From positions 3,833-67,832 of the forward strand of contig JBILSM010000004.1 of the NCBI GenBank assembly GCA_044372085.1: 64,000 nt of DNA, read 5' to 3'. The stretch is from Rubrivivax sp. (lineage in GTDB: Bacteria; Pseudomonadota; Gammaproteobacteria; Burkholderiales; Burkholderiaceae_C). Below the pieces are notes generated by a model. The model made no database searches. It was not told where the DNA came from and worked only from the letters and a program-made list of their open reading frames with translations. Of the stretch, positions 38,932 to 46,370 are shown one piece after another. How positions within the stretch are numbered: the first letter of the stretch is position 1; each line of letters begins with the position of its first letter. The position numbers and the translations under genes are program-made.

Positions 38932-39044
38932 GGCGGTCTCGGTGAGCGGTGGGCCTGGCATTCGAAAAAGCGCGCGATTCTAGGCGGGCCCCGTGCAGCG
39001 CTGCGGATCGATCACCGGGAGGTGGCGCGGGCCCGCCACCCGCA

Positions 39045-39413
39045 TCAAGCCTGGTCCTCGACCGCCGACACGCTCAAGCGCTGCAGCGCGCACTGACGTG
39101 TGGTGGCGCGTGCGCGCAAGCGGGTGTCGCGGCCCGGCTCCAGCATCAGGCGACAGTGGTACTCCAAGATGTCCACATCCCCGGCCATCCGTGAAGCGAT
39201 CGAACGGCTCCACCGCAGTGCGCCGTCAACCTCCAGGCTCAGTCCCAGCTCGGGCTTCCTGGCTTGCGCCGGCACGCTCACCCGCAACTGCACATCCACG
39301 TCGAAAGTGCGCGTGCGGTCCAGGGCGCCTGGAATGGTGAGCACCGCCACATCGGCGTCGGATGTGCGGGTGCTCCAGGATTCAGGGGCGGCAGGCCCCA
39401 GGAGCTTGGGCAT
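39045..39413 (-). CDS. Hypothetical protein (beta-strand-rich)
   Basis: 122-aa ORF with protein-like composition; CACAAT -10-like box 7 nt before the ATG. Confidence 0.65.
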   Translation of the reverse strand: MPKLLGPAAPESWSTRTSDADVAVLTIPGALDRTRTFDVDVQLRVSVPAQARKPELGLSLEVDGALRWSRSIASRMAGDVDILEYHCRLMLEPGRDTRLRARATTRQCALQRLSVSAVEDQA

Positions 39414-39456
39414 GGCCTCGATTGTGCTGGCCTCGCCCGCTCAAACAACGTCCACC

Positions 39457-39582
39457 CTGAACACGTCCAGGATCCTGGCCTTCACCAACGTCGATACTGA
39501 AGAGGCCGCACCGTCATGGGCCAAGCTGGTCGTCACCCGGCGCCTGGCGGCCTGCGTGCATGTCGAGCCTGGCCTCAAGCCC
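39457..39582 (+). pseudogene. CutA (divalent-cation tolerance) N-terminal fragment
   Basis: LNTSRILAFTNVDTEEAAPSWAKLVVTRRLAACVHVEPGLK resembles the CutA N-terminus (..T..D...A..LA..LV..RLAACV....); no YxWxG C-terminal half. Confidence 0.6.
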
Positions 39583-39605
39583 GCCGGGTCATCGGCACCC
39601 TTTGC

Positions 39606-39645
39606 CACCACACCACACCACACCACACCACACGACACCCCACCA
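39606..39645 (+). repeat. (CACCA)n microsatellite running into a start codon
   Basis: 5 perfect CACCA units, then CACGA, CACCC and CACCA; the last A is the A of ATG 39645. Confidence 0.9.
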
Positions 39646-40289
39646 TGCCCACCCACTTCTACCGCCCGGTCGATGGCCACGGCCTGCCGCACGACCCCTT
39701 CAACGCCATCATCGCGCCACGCCCCATTGGCTGGATCTCCTCGCTCACGCCCGACGGCGTGGCCAACCTGGCGCCCTACAGCTTCTTCAACGCCTTCAAC
39801 TACGTGCCGCCCATCATCGGCTTTTGCAGCCAGGGCAGAAAAGACTCGCTGGCCAACGTGGAGGCCACGGGCGAATTCGTCTGGAACCTGGTCACCGAGC
39901 CGCTGGCCCAGGCCATGAACCTCAGTTGCTCAGCATTGCCCCCCGACGAGAGCGAATTCACGCTGGCCGGCCTCACGCCGCAGGCCAGCCGGGAGGTGAA
40001 AGTGCCCCGCGTGGCCGAGAGCCCGGTGGCGATGGAGTGCCGTCTGTCACAGATCATCCAGCTCACCAGCGCAAGCGGCGCCCCCGTCAATGCCTGGCTC
40101 GTGATGGGCGAGGTGGTGGGCGTGCACATCGACACCTCGCTGCTCGAAGACGGCGTGTACCAGACCGCCCGCGCCCACCCGGTGGTGCGCGGCGGTGGAC
40201 CCGGCGACTACTTCACCATCACTCCGCAAGCACAGTTCATCATGCCGCGCCCGCAGAACTGGGGCCAATTGCATAGACAGCAGGGGTAG
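39645..40289 (+). CDS. Flavin reductase-like (flavoredoxin / DIM6-NTAB) family protein
   Basis: HGLPHDPFNAIIAPRPIGWISS, NLAPYSFFN, KDSLANVEATGEFVWN, PRVAESPVAMEC, GEVVGVHI. Confidence 0.92.
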   Translation: MPTHFYRPVDGHGLPHDPFNAIIAPRPIGWISSLTPDGVANLAPYSFFNAFNYVPPIIGFCSQGRKDSLANVEATGEFVWNLVTEPLAQAMNLSCSALPPDESEFTLAGLTPQASREVKVPRVAESPVAMECRLSQIIQLTSASGAPVNAWLVMGEVVGVHIDTSLLEDGVYQTARAHPVVRGGGPGDYFTITPQAQFIMPRPQNWGQLHRQQG

Positions 40290-40342
40290 GCAAGCAGCGC
40301 CAAGCGGCCCGGGAATGAAACTGAAGCCGACCCGCTGGCGGG

Positions 40343-40382
40343 GGCCTTCGACGAACAAGGCCATGTGGTCGGTCGGACAATG
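40343..40382 (+). repeat. 40-bp degenerate copy of ridA-internal sequence 40508-40547
   Basis: ggccttcgacgaacaaggccatgtggtcggtcggacaatg vs ggccttcgacgaacagggccatgtggtcggccagaccatg (36/40 identical). Confidence 0.85.
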
Positions 40383-40406
40383 ATTGACGCGCTGAGAGGA
40401 AACACC

Positions 40407-40796
40407 ATGGCAACGCAGTTCACGAATCCCGCAGGCCTGTCACGAGGCAACTACTCCCATGTCGCCACCGTCACCAGCGGCAGGCTGGTGTTCGTCTCGG
40501 GACAGGTGGCCTTCGACGAACAGGGCCATGTGGTCGGCCAGACCATGGCCGAGCAGGCCGAGCAGGTCTTCCACAACCTGAAGGTGGCGCTGGCTGCCTC
40601 TGGCGCCACGCTCGAGCATGTGGTCAAGATGAACATCTACATGCGCGACCTGACGGCCTCGCGTCTGCAGGCCTTTCGCGCCGTCCGGGCGAAACACCTG
40701 GGCCCGCACCTGCCCGCAAGCACGCTGGTGGCCACGCCGGCGCTGGTGCACGAGGACCTGATGCTGGAGGTCGAGGTGGTGGCAGCCGTCGATTGA
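40407..40796 (+). CDS. RidA/YjgF/YER057c/UK114 family protein
   Basis: YSHV, VFVSGQV, QAEQVFHNL, VVKMNIY, PASTLV, LEVEVVA; SD GAGG upstream. Confidence 0.92.
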   Translation: MATQFTNPAGLSRGNYSHVATVTSGRLVFVSGQVAFDEQGHVVGQTMAEQAEQVFHNLKVALAASGATLEHVVKMNIYMRDLTASRLQAFRAVRAKHLGPHLPASTLVATPALVHEDLMLEVEVVAAVD

Positions 40797-40998
40797 CGAT
40801 GGATTGTTTCGGCGTCGTCCACCTCGCGGTGACGTTCACCATCGTCCACGGTGAGGGCGAGGCCGCCTTCGTCACCAGAGTTCGAGATGGGGTATCCACT
40901 CAGCCCCTGAAACTTCCCGGTTCAGACCCACGCTCATTCTGAGGCGGATGACCCTGCGCAGCTGCAACCGGTGCGCCGTTAGGTTACGGTAACTTGCG

Positions 40999-42369
40999 AT
41001 GACAGCTGCCAGAGCCTCTGCCCCCATCCAAGCACAAAGCCGCCGGGAATTTCTCAGCCTGACAGCGGCTCAGGCTTTGGCGATGGCCATGCCGCTGGCA
41101 CACGCGCAGCAGCCCGTCAGCCGCAGCGCCACAGGCTGGCGCATCCCAGGCGGCCATGAGCCTGGCACACGCATCTGGTTGGGCTTTGGTGGCGGGCATG
41201 AAGCCTTGACCTTGACGCTCATTCGCACCTTGCAATCGGCACAGGTCCCTGTGGGGATCTGGGTGGCGAACGCTCAGCAACAGGCCCTGGCTTTGGAAAG
41301 CTTGCGGGATGCTGGCATCGTGTCTGGCACTCTGCGTTGGGCGCAAACGCCCGGGGTGTTTTTCTTTCTTCGCGATGCCACCGTATTGGCTCAAGGCCCC
41401 ACGGGCGAGGTGGGAGCCGTGAACTTTCGCTGGAGCCACTACGGCACCGCTGGTTGGTGCGCCCGGCGCCATGCGGGTGACGCAAGAGCAGTGGCCAGTT
41501 GCACACCCAAGTTCGATGCCTTGCGCGAGGGCTTGGATGCGGCGATGGGGCGCGAACTCCGCCGCCCATCCAGCCATGCGGGGGGCGCGGCTCGTGCTGG
41601 CCGCACTTTCGACAGCGACATCGCGCTTGAGGGCGGTGCCTTGGAAAGCAACGGCGAAGGTACCCTGATCGCCAACGAAGCCTTTCTGCGCCAACGCAAC
41701 CCCGGCCGCAGCCGCGCCCAGCTCGAGAATTCACTCCGGCGCTTGCCCGGCGTGCGCCACGTTGTCTGGGTGGCTGAAGGCTTGGCTGAAGATCCACAGA
41801 TGCGCGCCAGCATCACCGCCCAACACGTGGGTTGGGGCACCGGCGGTCACACCGACGAGTTTGTCCGTTTTGCCGACGCCCGCACTGTGCTGCTCGCGTG
41901 GCCGGAAGACGAGGATGCCCAACAGCATCCGGTCGCCCGTATGACGCACCAGCGCATGGAGAAGAACCTCGCGCTGCTGCAAGCCTCCCGCAACGCCAAA
42001 GGCGAGCGCCTGAAGCTCATCAAGATCCCGATGCCGCGCCCCATCCAGCGCGAAGTGGTGTTGCGCGATGACGCGGACACGAACTGGAGCGATCAATGGC
42101 GTGCGGCTGATTTCCCGCCTGGCGAAGGGCGAAAGGCTGGAGATGTGCTGCTGCAGATGGCGGTAGCCAGCTACTTGAACTTCGTCGTCGCACCCGGTGT
42201 GGTGTTGCTACCCGATTACCTGCCCCACGGCACACCACTCGAGCGACAAGCGCGCGTTGAAAAGCTGTTCGCAGCGGCCTTCCCAGGCAAGCGGATCGTG
42301 TTCATCGACGCAATCGGCTTGAACTGGTATGGCGGCGGTCTGCATTGCGCGACCTTGAACGAGCCCTGA
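40999..42369 (+). CDS. Tat-exported agmatine deiminase / PPAD-family (pentein) enzyme
   Basis: SRREFL Tat signal with AHA cleavage site; LRD, EGGALESNGEGT, GGHTDEFVRF, ASYLNF, GGGLHCAT (Cys nucleophile). Confidence 0.88.
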   Translation: MTAARASAPIQAQSRREFLSLTAAQALAMAMPLAHAQQPVSRSATGWRIPGGHEPGTRIWLGFGGGHEALTLTLIRTLQSAQVPVGIWVANAQQQALALESLRDAGIVSGTLRWAQTPGVFFFLRDATVLAQGPTGEVGAVNFRWSHYGTAGWCARRHAGDARAVASCTPKFDALREGLDAAMGRELRRPSSHAGGAARAGRTFDSDIALEGGALESNGEGTLIANEAFLRQRNPGRSRAQLENSLRRLPGVRHVVWVAEGLAEDPQMRASITAQHVGWGTGGHTDEFVRFADARTVLLAWPEDEDAQQHPVARMTHQRMEKNLALLQASRNAKGERLKLIKIPMPRPIQREVVLRDDADTNWSDQWRAADFPPGEGRKAGDVLLQMAVASYLNFVVAPGVVLLPDYLPHGTPLERQARVEKLFAAAFPGKRIVFIDAIGLNWYGGGLHCATLNEP

Positions 42370-42454
42370 CGGTCCGAATTCCATCTCGGGTTGACCGAAC
42401 TCCAGAACCACTTGCCACGGATATCTGGGGGCAGCGCAAGCAACCACAGCCCCA

Positions 42455-42490
42455 TAAACAAAAGGGCCGACCACTCGCGTGATCGACCCT
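42455..42490 (-). terminator. Rho-independent terminator of the tRNA-Lys pair
   Basis: Minus strand AGGGUCGAUCAC-GCGA-GUGGUCGGCCCU followed by UUUGUUUAU. Confidence 0.8.
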
Positions 42491-42501
42491 CTGGGGAAGT
42501 T

Positions 42502-42577
42502 TGGTGGGCCCTGTAGGATTCGAACCTACGACCAACGGATTAAGAGTCCGCTGCTCTACCAACTGAGCTAAGAGCCC
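42502..42577 (-). tRNA. tRNA-Lys(CTT)
   Basis: GGGCTCTTAGCTCAGTTGGTAGAGCAGCGGACT-CTT-AATCCGTTGGTCGTAGGTTCGAATCCTACAGGGCCCACCA, 76 nt cloverleaf with CCA. Confidence 0.97.
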
Positions 42578-42608
42578 TGGTGCTCTACCTGCCGCCAAGG
42601 CGGTGAGG

Positions 42609-42684
42609 TGGTGGGTTGTGCAGGATTCGAACCTGCGACCAACGGATTAAAAGTCCGCTGCTCTACCGACTGAGCTAACAACCC
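42609..42684 (-). tRNA. tRNA-Lys(TTT)
   Basis: GGGTTGTTAGCTCAGTCGGTAGAGCAGCGGACT-TTT-AATCCGTTGGTCGCAGGTTCGAATCCTGCACAACCCACCA, 76 nt. Confidence 0.97.
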
Positions 42685-43565
42685 GTCCGCAGAGCCCGCG
42701 AGTATAGCATCTCTTTTTCCGCGGCCGCCTTGGCGGCCAGGGCCTGCTCGATGAGCACCGACGCGGCCACCATGCCGAAGGTGGCGGTGACCGTGACCGT
42801 GGAGCCGTAGCCGTGGCAGGAGAGATCGCCTGCCACCTCACAGGCCTGCTCGGCGGTCTGGGCGGGTTGCAGCACGGGCTCGCGCGAGAACACGGCGCTC
42901 ACGCCCATCAAGCCGTGGCGGGCCGCACCGTGTTCCTTGCGCAGGCGCTGGCGCAGGCTGGCCAGCAGGGGATCGTGCGTCACGGTGGAGAGGTCCTCCA
43001 CCTGCACCCGCTGGGGCATGCGCTTGCCGCCGGCGGCGCCCACGGTGACGAAAGGCAGGCCGAGCTGAAGGGCCCAGCCGGCCAGCACCCCCTTGGCGCG
43101 CACCTGGTCACAGGCGTCGACCAGACCGTCCAGGCCGTGCCCCGCATCTGCCGCGCCGGGCAGCAGCGAGGGCCAGTTGTCGGGCGCCACGAAGTCTTCC
43201 ACGATGGCGATGTCGCAGCCGGGATGGATGTCGGCGATGCGCTCGGCCAGCGCCTGCGCCTTGGCCTGCCCCAGCGTGCGCCCCAGGGCCTGCACCTGGC
43301 GGTTGACGTTGGATTCCGAGACGTGGTCGAGGTCGATGAGCGTCAGGCCCGCAACGCCGCAGCGCGCCAGGGCTTCGGCCGTCCAGGAGCCCACCCCGCC
43401 CAGGCCCACCACGGCCAGGCGCAGGCCGCGCAGGCGCTGGTAGGCGGCGTCGCCGTGCAGGCGGCGCAGGCCGCCAAAGCGGCGCTCCAAATCCGGGCGC
43501 TCCAGGTCGGGCCGCTCCAGATCAGGCCGCTCCAGGTCGGGCCGGTGCGGATCAGGCAGGTTCAC
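42675..43565 (-). CDS. tcdA: tRNA threonylcarbamoyladenosine dehydratase (ThiF/E1-like)
   Basis: RRFGGLRRLHG, VVGLGGVGSW, LIDLDHVSESNVNRQ, DACD, GAAGGK, DPLL, VFSRE, CHGYGS.V.VTATFG; GTG 43565 overlaps the yeeE stop. Confidence 0.92.
   Translation of the reverse strand: MNLPDPHRPDLERPDLERPDLERPDLERRFGGLRRLHGDAAYQRLRGLRLAVVGLGGVGSWTAEALARCGVAGLTLIDLDHVSESNVNRQVQALGRTLGQAKAQALAERIADIHPGCDIAIVEDFVAPDNWPSLLPGAADAGHGLDGLVDACDQVRAKGVLAGWALQLGLPFVTVGAAGGKRMPQRVQVEDLSTVTHDPLLASLRQRLRKEHGAARHGLMGVSAVFSREPVLQPAQTAEQACEVAGDLSCHGYGSTVTVTATFGMVAASVLIEQALAAKAAAEKEMLYSRALRTGC
42701..42709 (-). promoter_or_regulatory. Extended -10 promoter for tRNA-Lys, inside the tcdA 3' end
   Basis: TGcTATACT followed by the GC-rich discriminator CGCGGGC, 16 nt before the mature tRNA 5' end. 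Confidence 0.65.
43483..43544 (-). repeat. 15-bp x4 coding repeat (RPDLE)4 at the TcdA N-terminus
   Basis: cgctccaaatccggg cgctccaggtcgggc cgctccagatcaggc cgctccaggtcgggc. Confidence 0.9.
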
Positions 43566-44677
43566 AAGCTGCGTTCGAGCTGCCAGACCTGGTACTTCAG
43601 GCCCACCACGGCGCCGGCCACGATGCCGGCAAAGGCCACGAAGCTGCCCAGGGCCAGGGTGGACATCCCTGAGAGCCCCTGCCCCACCGTGCAGCCCATG
43701 GCGGTGACGCCCCCCACCCCCATGAGCACGGCGCCCACCAGGTGGTGGGCGGTGTCCTGCGTGCCGGCAAATCCTTCCCAGCGGAAGCTGCGGGTGGCCA
43801 GGGCGCTGACGAAGGCGCCCACGATCACGCCCAGGGTGGACACCACGGCAATCGTGAGCACCTTGCTCTTGTCGCTGAACAGGATCAGCCAGTCCACCGT
43901 GTAGGCGATGGGCGCCACGAAGGTGAGCGATTCCATGCGCTGCGAGTTCGTGGCCAGGAAGGCCTCTTCCAAGGTCTGCGGGTGCTCCGGCAGGTGGCCC
44001 AGACGGCCCGAGACCCACCAGACACCCACCACCACCAGGCCGATGCCGAAGCCGGCCAGGAGCACGTCCGCACTCCGCCCGTGTGGGCTTGACAGCGCCC
44101 ACGCCACGAGGCCGCCGCCCAGCAGCAGGCCCAGCACCAGCGCCAGCATCTTCTTGTCCACGCCCAGACTGCCCGCCAGCAGCGAGGGCAGGTCCTGCCC
44201 CGTGGGCAGGGCCAGGGCCACGGTGTCCACGGTGGCCACGCGCGCCACGCCCACGATGCCGCGCATGGTGGCGTAAGCGGCAATGGCCAGCACGGCGAAC
44301 ACCACCACGGCCTTCAGGCTGCCGCCGCCGATGCGCACCAGCGTCTTGCTGCCGCACCCCGAGGCCAGCACCATGCCCACCCCGAACAGCGCCCCGCCCA
44401 GCAGGTTGGACAGCCAGATCAGCCGGTTGCCGGCGTAGATGCTCTTGCCTGCCTCCACCCAGCCCAGGTAGACCATGGCGTTGAAGCCCAGCATGGCCAC
44501 GCCGATGGCCAGGGCCCACATGCGCATGCGGCTCCAGTCACCGATGTTGACGATGTCGGCCACCGCCCCCATGGTGCAGAAGTGGGTGCGCTGGGCAATG
44601 GCGCCGAAGACGGCGGCCAAGAAGAAAGCGGCCCAGAGAACCTGGGCCGCGATACCGGGAAGATCGGATTCCTGCAT
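43562..44677 (-). CDS. YeeE/YedE family sulfur-compound (thiosulfate) transporter
   Basis: RTHFCTMGA, GG.LFGVGMVLASGCGS, G.VLMGVGGVTAMGCTVGQGLSG: the three conserved Cys motifs. Confidence 0.92.
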   Translation of the reverse strand: MQESDLPGIAAQVLWAAFFLAAVFGAIAQRTHFCTMGAVADIVNIGDWSRMRMWALAIGVAMLGFNAMVYLGWVEAGKSIYAGNRLIWLSNLLGGALFGVGMVLASGCGSKTLVRIGGGSLKAVVVFAVLAIAAYATMRGIVGVARVATVDTVALALPTGQDLPSLLAGSLGVDKKMLALVLGLLLGGGLVAWALSSPHGRSADVLLAGFGIGLVVVGVWWVSGRLGHLPEHPQTLEEAFLATNSQRMESLTFVAPIAYTVDWLILFSDKSKVLTIAVVSTLGVIVGAFVSALATRSFRWEGFAGTQDTAHHLVGAVLMGVGGVTAMGCTVGQGLSGMSTLALGSFVAFAGIVAGAVVGLKYQVWQLERSL

Positions 44678-44722
44678 AGGCGCAATTCTAGGAGCGCCCC
44701 CCTGCGCCCGCAGGGTGTCAGG

Positions 44723-45640
44723 TCACTTGAGCGTGGCCAGGCGTTCCTTGCCGGCCTGCGCGGCCTCACTCTGCGGGTAGGTCTTGATCAGCTCGTCCAG
44801 GGTCTTGCGTGCGCCGGGGCGGTCTTTCATCTCGGCCTGGCTGTTGGCCAGCGCCAGCAGGGCCTCGGGCGCGCGCGGGTGCTTGGGCGCGGCGTTCACG
44901 AAGGCCCGGAACGCGGCCACCGCTTCCTTGTAGTCGCGCTTGCCGTACAGGGCATTGGCCGTCCAGAAGCGGGCCGCCTCGGCGTAGCCGCTGCCGGGGT
45001 AGCGCCGCTGGAAGGCCGCGAAAGCGGCCAGGGCCTTGTCGAAGTCGCCCGTGCGCATGACCGCCAAGGCTTCGTCGTAGCTGCGCTTTTCCTCCGGGGC
45101 GGCCGTGAACTCCTGACCGTCCAGGGCGACCTTGATGGGCTCCAGCCTGGCGATGCGGTCGTCGGAGGCCTGCGCCAGATCGCGCTGGCGCTTCTGCACC
45201 TCGGCCACATCACGCGCCAGTTGTTCGTGGCTGCCGCGCATGCGGGCCAACTCGCCCTTCAGGCCCTCGATCTGGCCGTTGAGATCCAGGATGCTGCGCT
45301 TGAGCGTCTGCACCAGTTCCTCGAAGGCGGCAGCCTGCTGCGCCATCTGCTGGGTGCTCTGCTGCGTCAACTGCGCTGCCTGGCGGGCCAGGGCCTGCGC
45401 CAGGGCCTGCGACTGGGCCTGCTGCGCCTCGGCGTCGCGGGCCTTGGAAGCCTCGTCCACGGCCGCGAGTCGGCCGCGCAACTCGATGATGGCCTTGCGC
45501 GCCTCATCGTCACCGAACAGGCTGGCATGCGCTGCGCCGGCACTCGCCAGCAGGCTCAAGGTCAAGGCCAGGGCTGACAAGCCCGTGCCAACGCGAACCC
45601 GGAAGCCGGGGAAAGGGTCACTCGCGCGCAGGGGGCTCAC
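44723..45640 (-). CDS. cpoB: Tol-Pal system protein CpoB/YbgF
   Basis: AHA-SLFGDDEARKAIIELR, coiled coil, TPRs (YP.S.Y...A.FW.AN..Y, HPRAPEALL, YPQSEAA); start uncertain (GTG overlapping the pal stop). Confidence 0.92.
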   Translation of the reverse strand: MSPLRASDPFPGFRVRVGTGLSALALTLSLLASAGAAHASLFGDDEARKAIIELRGRLAAVDEASKARDAEAQQAQSQALAQALARQAAQLTQQSTQQMAQQAAAFEELVQTLKRSILDLNGQIEGLKGELARMRGSHEQLARDVAEVQKRQRDLAQASDDRIARLEPIKVALDGQEFTAAPEEKRSYDEALAVMRTGDFDKALAAFAAFQRRYPGSGYAEAARFWTANALYGKRDYKEAVAAFRAFVNAAPKHPRAPEALLALANSQAEMKDRPGARKTLDELIKTYPQSEAAQAGKERLATLK

Positions 45641-46278
45641 TGACGGTCCTTCAACTCGGCGCGGCGGTTCTTGGCCCATGCGGCCTCGTCGCTGCCCTGC
45701 GCGGCCGGACGCTCCTCGCCAAAACTCACGGCTTCCAGTTGCGCATCGCCCGCGCCCAGCAGCGTGAGCGAGCGCACCACGGCCTCGGCGCGCTTCTGGC
45801 CCAGGGCCAGGTTGTATTCACGCCCCCCGCGCTCGTCGGTGTGGCCTTCGACGATCATCTTGCGGCTGCGGTTGGCGTTGAGCACCCTCGCATGCGCCTC
45901 CACCACCGGGCGGCCGTCGTCACGCACCACGAAGCTGTCGAAATCGAAAAAGACGATGCGGCCGACGCCCGGGGGCAGCCCGTCCACGCCCCTGCCACCC
46001 ATCTGCCCGGCCTGCACGGTGGCCACCTGGGATTGCGGTGCCGCGGGCGCGGTGGTGGCCGAACCACCGGCCGGCGCCACGACGGCACCGCCCTGCCCAC
46101 CCTGCCCGCCCTGCCCGCCAGCAGCCTGCGCCGCCGGGGCCGGGCTCACGGGGGTGGGCGTCCTGGATTCGACCGGAGGCTCGTCAAGCTTGACGGAGGA
46201 ACCACAGGCCGCCAGCAAGGTGGCCAGCGCAAGGCAGACAGAGGTCAGGGCAAGTCTTCTCATGGTGGTGTTCTCCAT
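45637..46278 (-). CDS. pal: Peptidoglycan-associated lipoprotein Pal
   Basis: Lipobox LAAC, FFDFDS, EGHTDERGGREYNLALGQKRA, SFGEERP, KNRRAE. Confidence 0.96.
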   Translation of the reverse strand: MENTTMRRLALTSVCLALATLLAACGSSVKLDEPPVESRTPTPVSPAPAAQAAGGQGGQGGQGGAVVAPAGGSATTAPAAPQSQVATVQAGQMGGRGVDGLPPGVGRIVFFDFDSFVVRDDGRPVVEAHARVLNANRSRKMIVEGHTDERGGREYNLALGQKRAEAVVRSLTLLGAGDAQLEAVSFGEERPAAQGSDEAAWAKNRRAELKDRQ

Positions 46279-46370
46279 TCAAGGCCCCGTGCGGGGCGGT
46301 AGGCTGCGCAAGGGATTCAAGACCTTCAATCGATGCAGGGGCTTGAGCATGGGCACGCGGACCGTTGCGA

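Noticed and set aside
38948-38966. GGTGGGCCTGGCATTCGAA resembling the tRNA-Lys(CTT) 3' end (possible att site)
   Set aside because: Needs three gap positions and a mismatch in 22 nt, lies in the DUF3297 leader, and no integrase is present; compatible with chance.
40343-40547. Template/variable repeat pair of a diversity-generating retroelement
   Set aside because: Only 40 bp, mismatches are not confined to adenines of one copy, and there is no reverse transcriptase.
40799-40900. Short frame MDCFGVVHLAVTFTIVH with faint DUF2061-like look, plus small hairpins
   Set aside because: Too short and too weak to call a pseudogene or ncRNA by eye.
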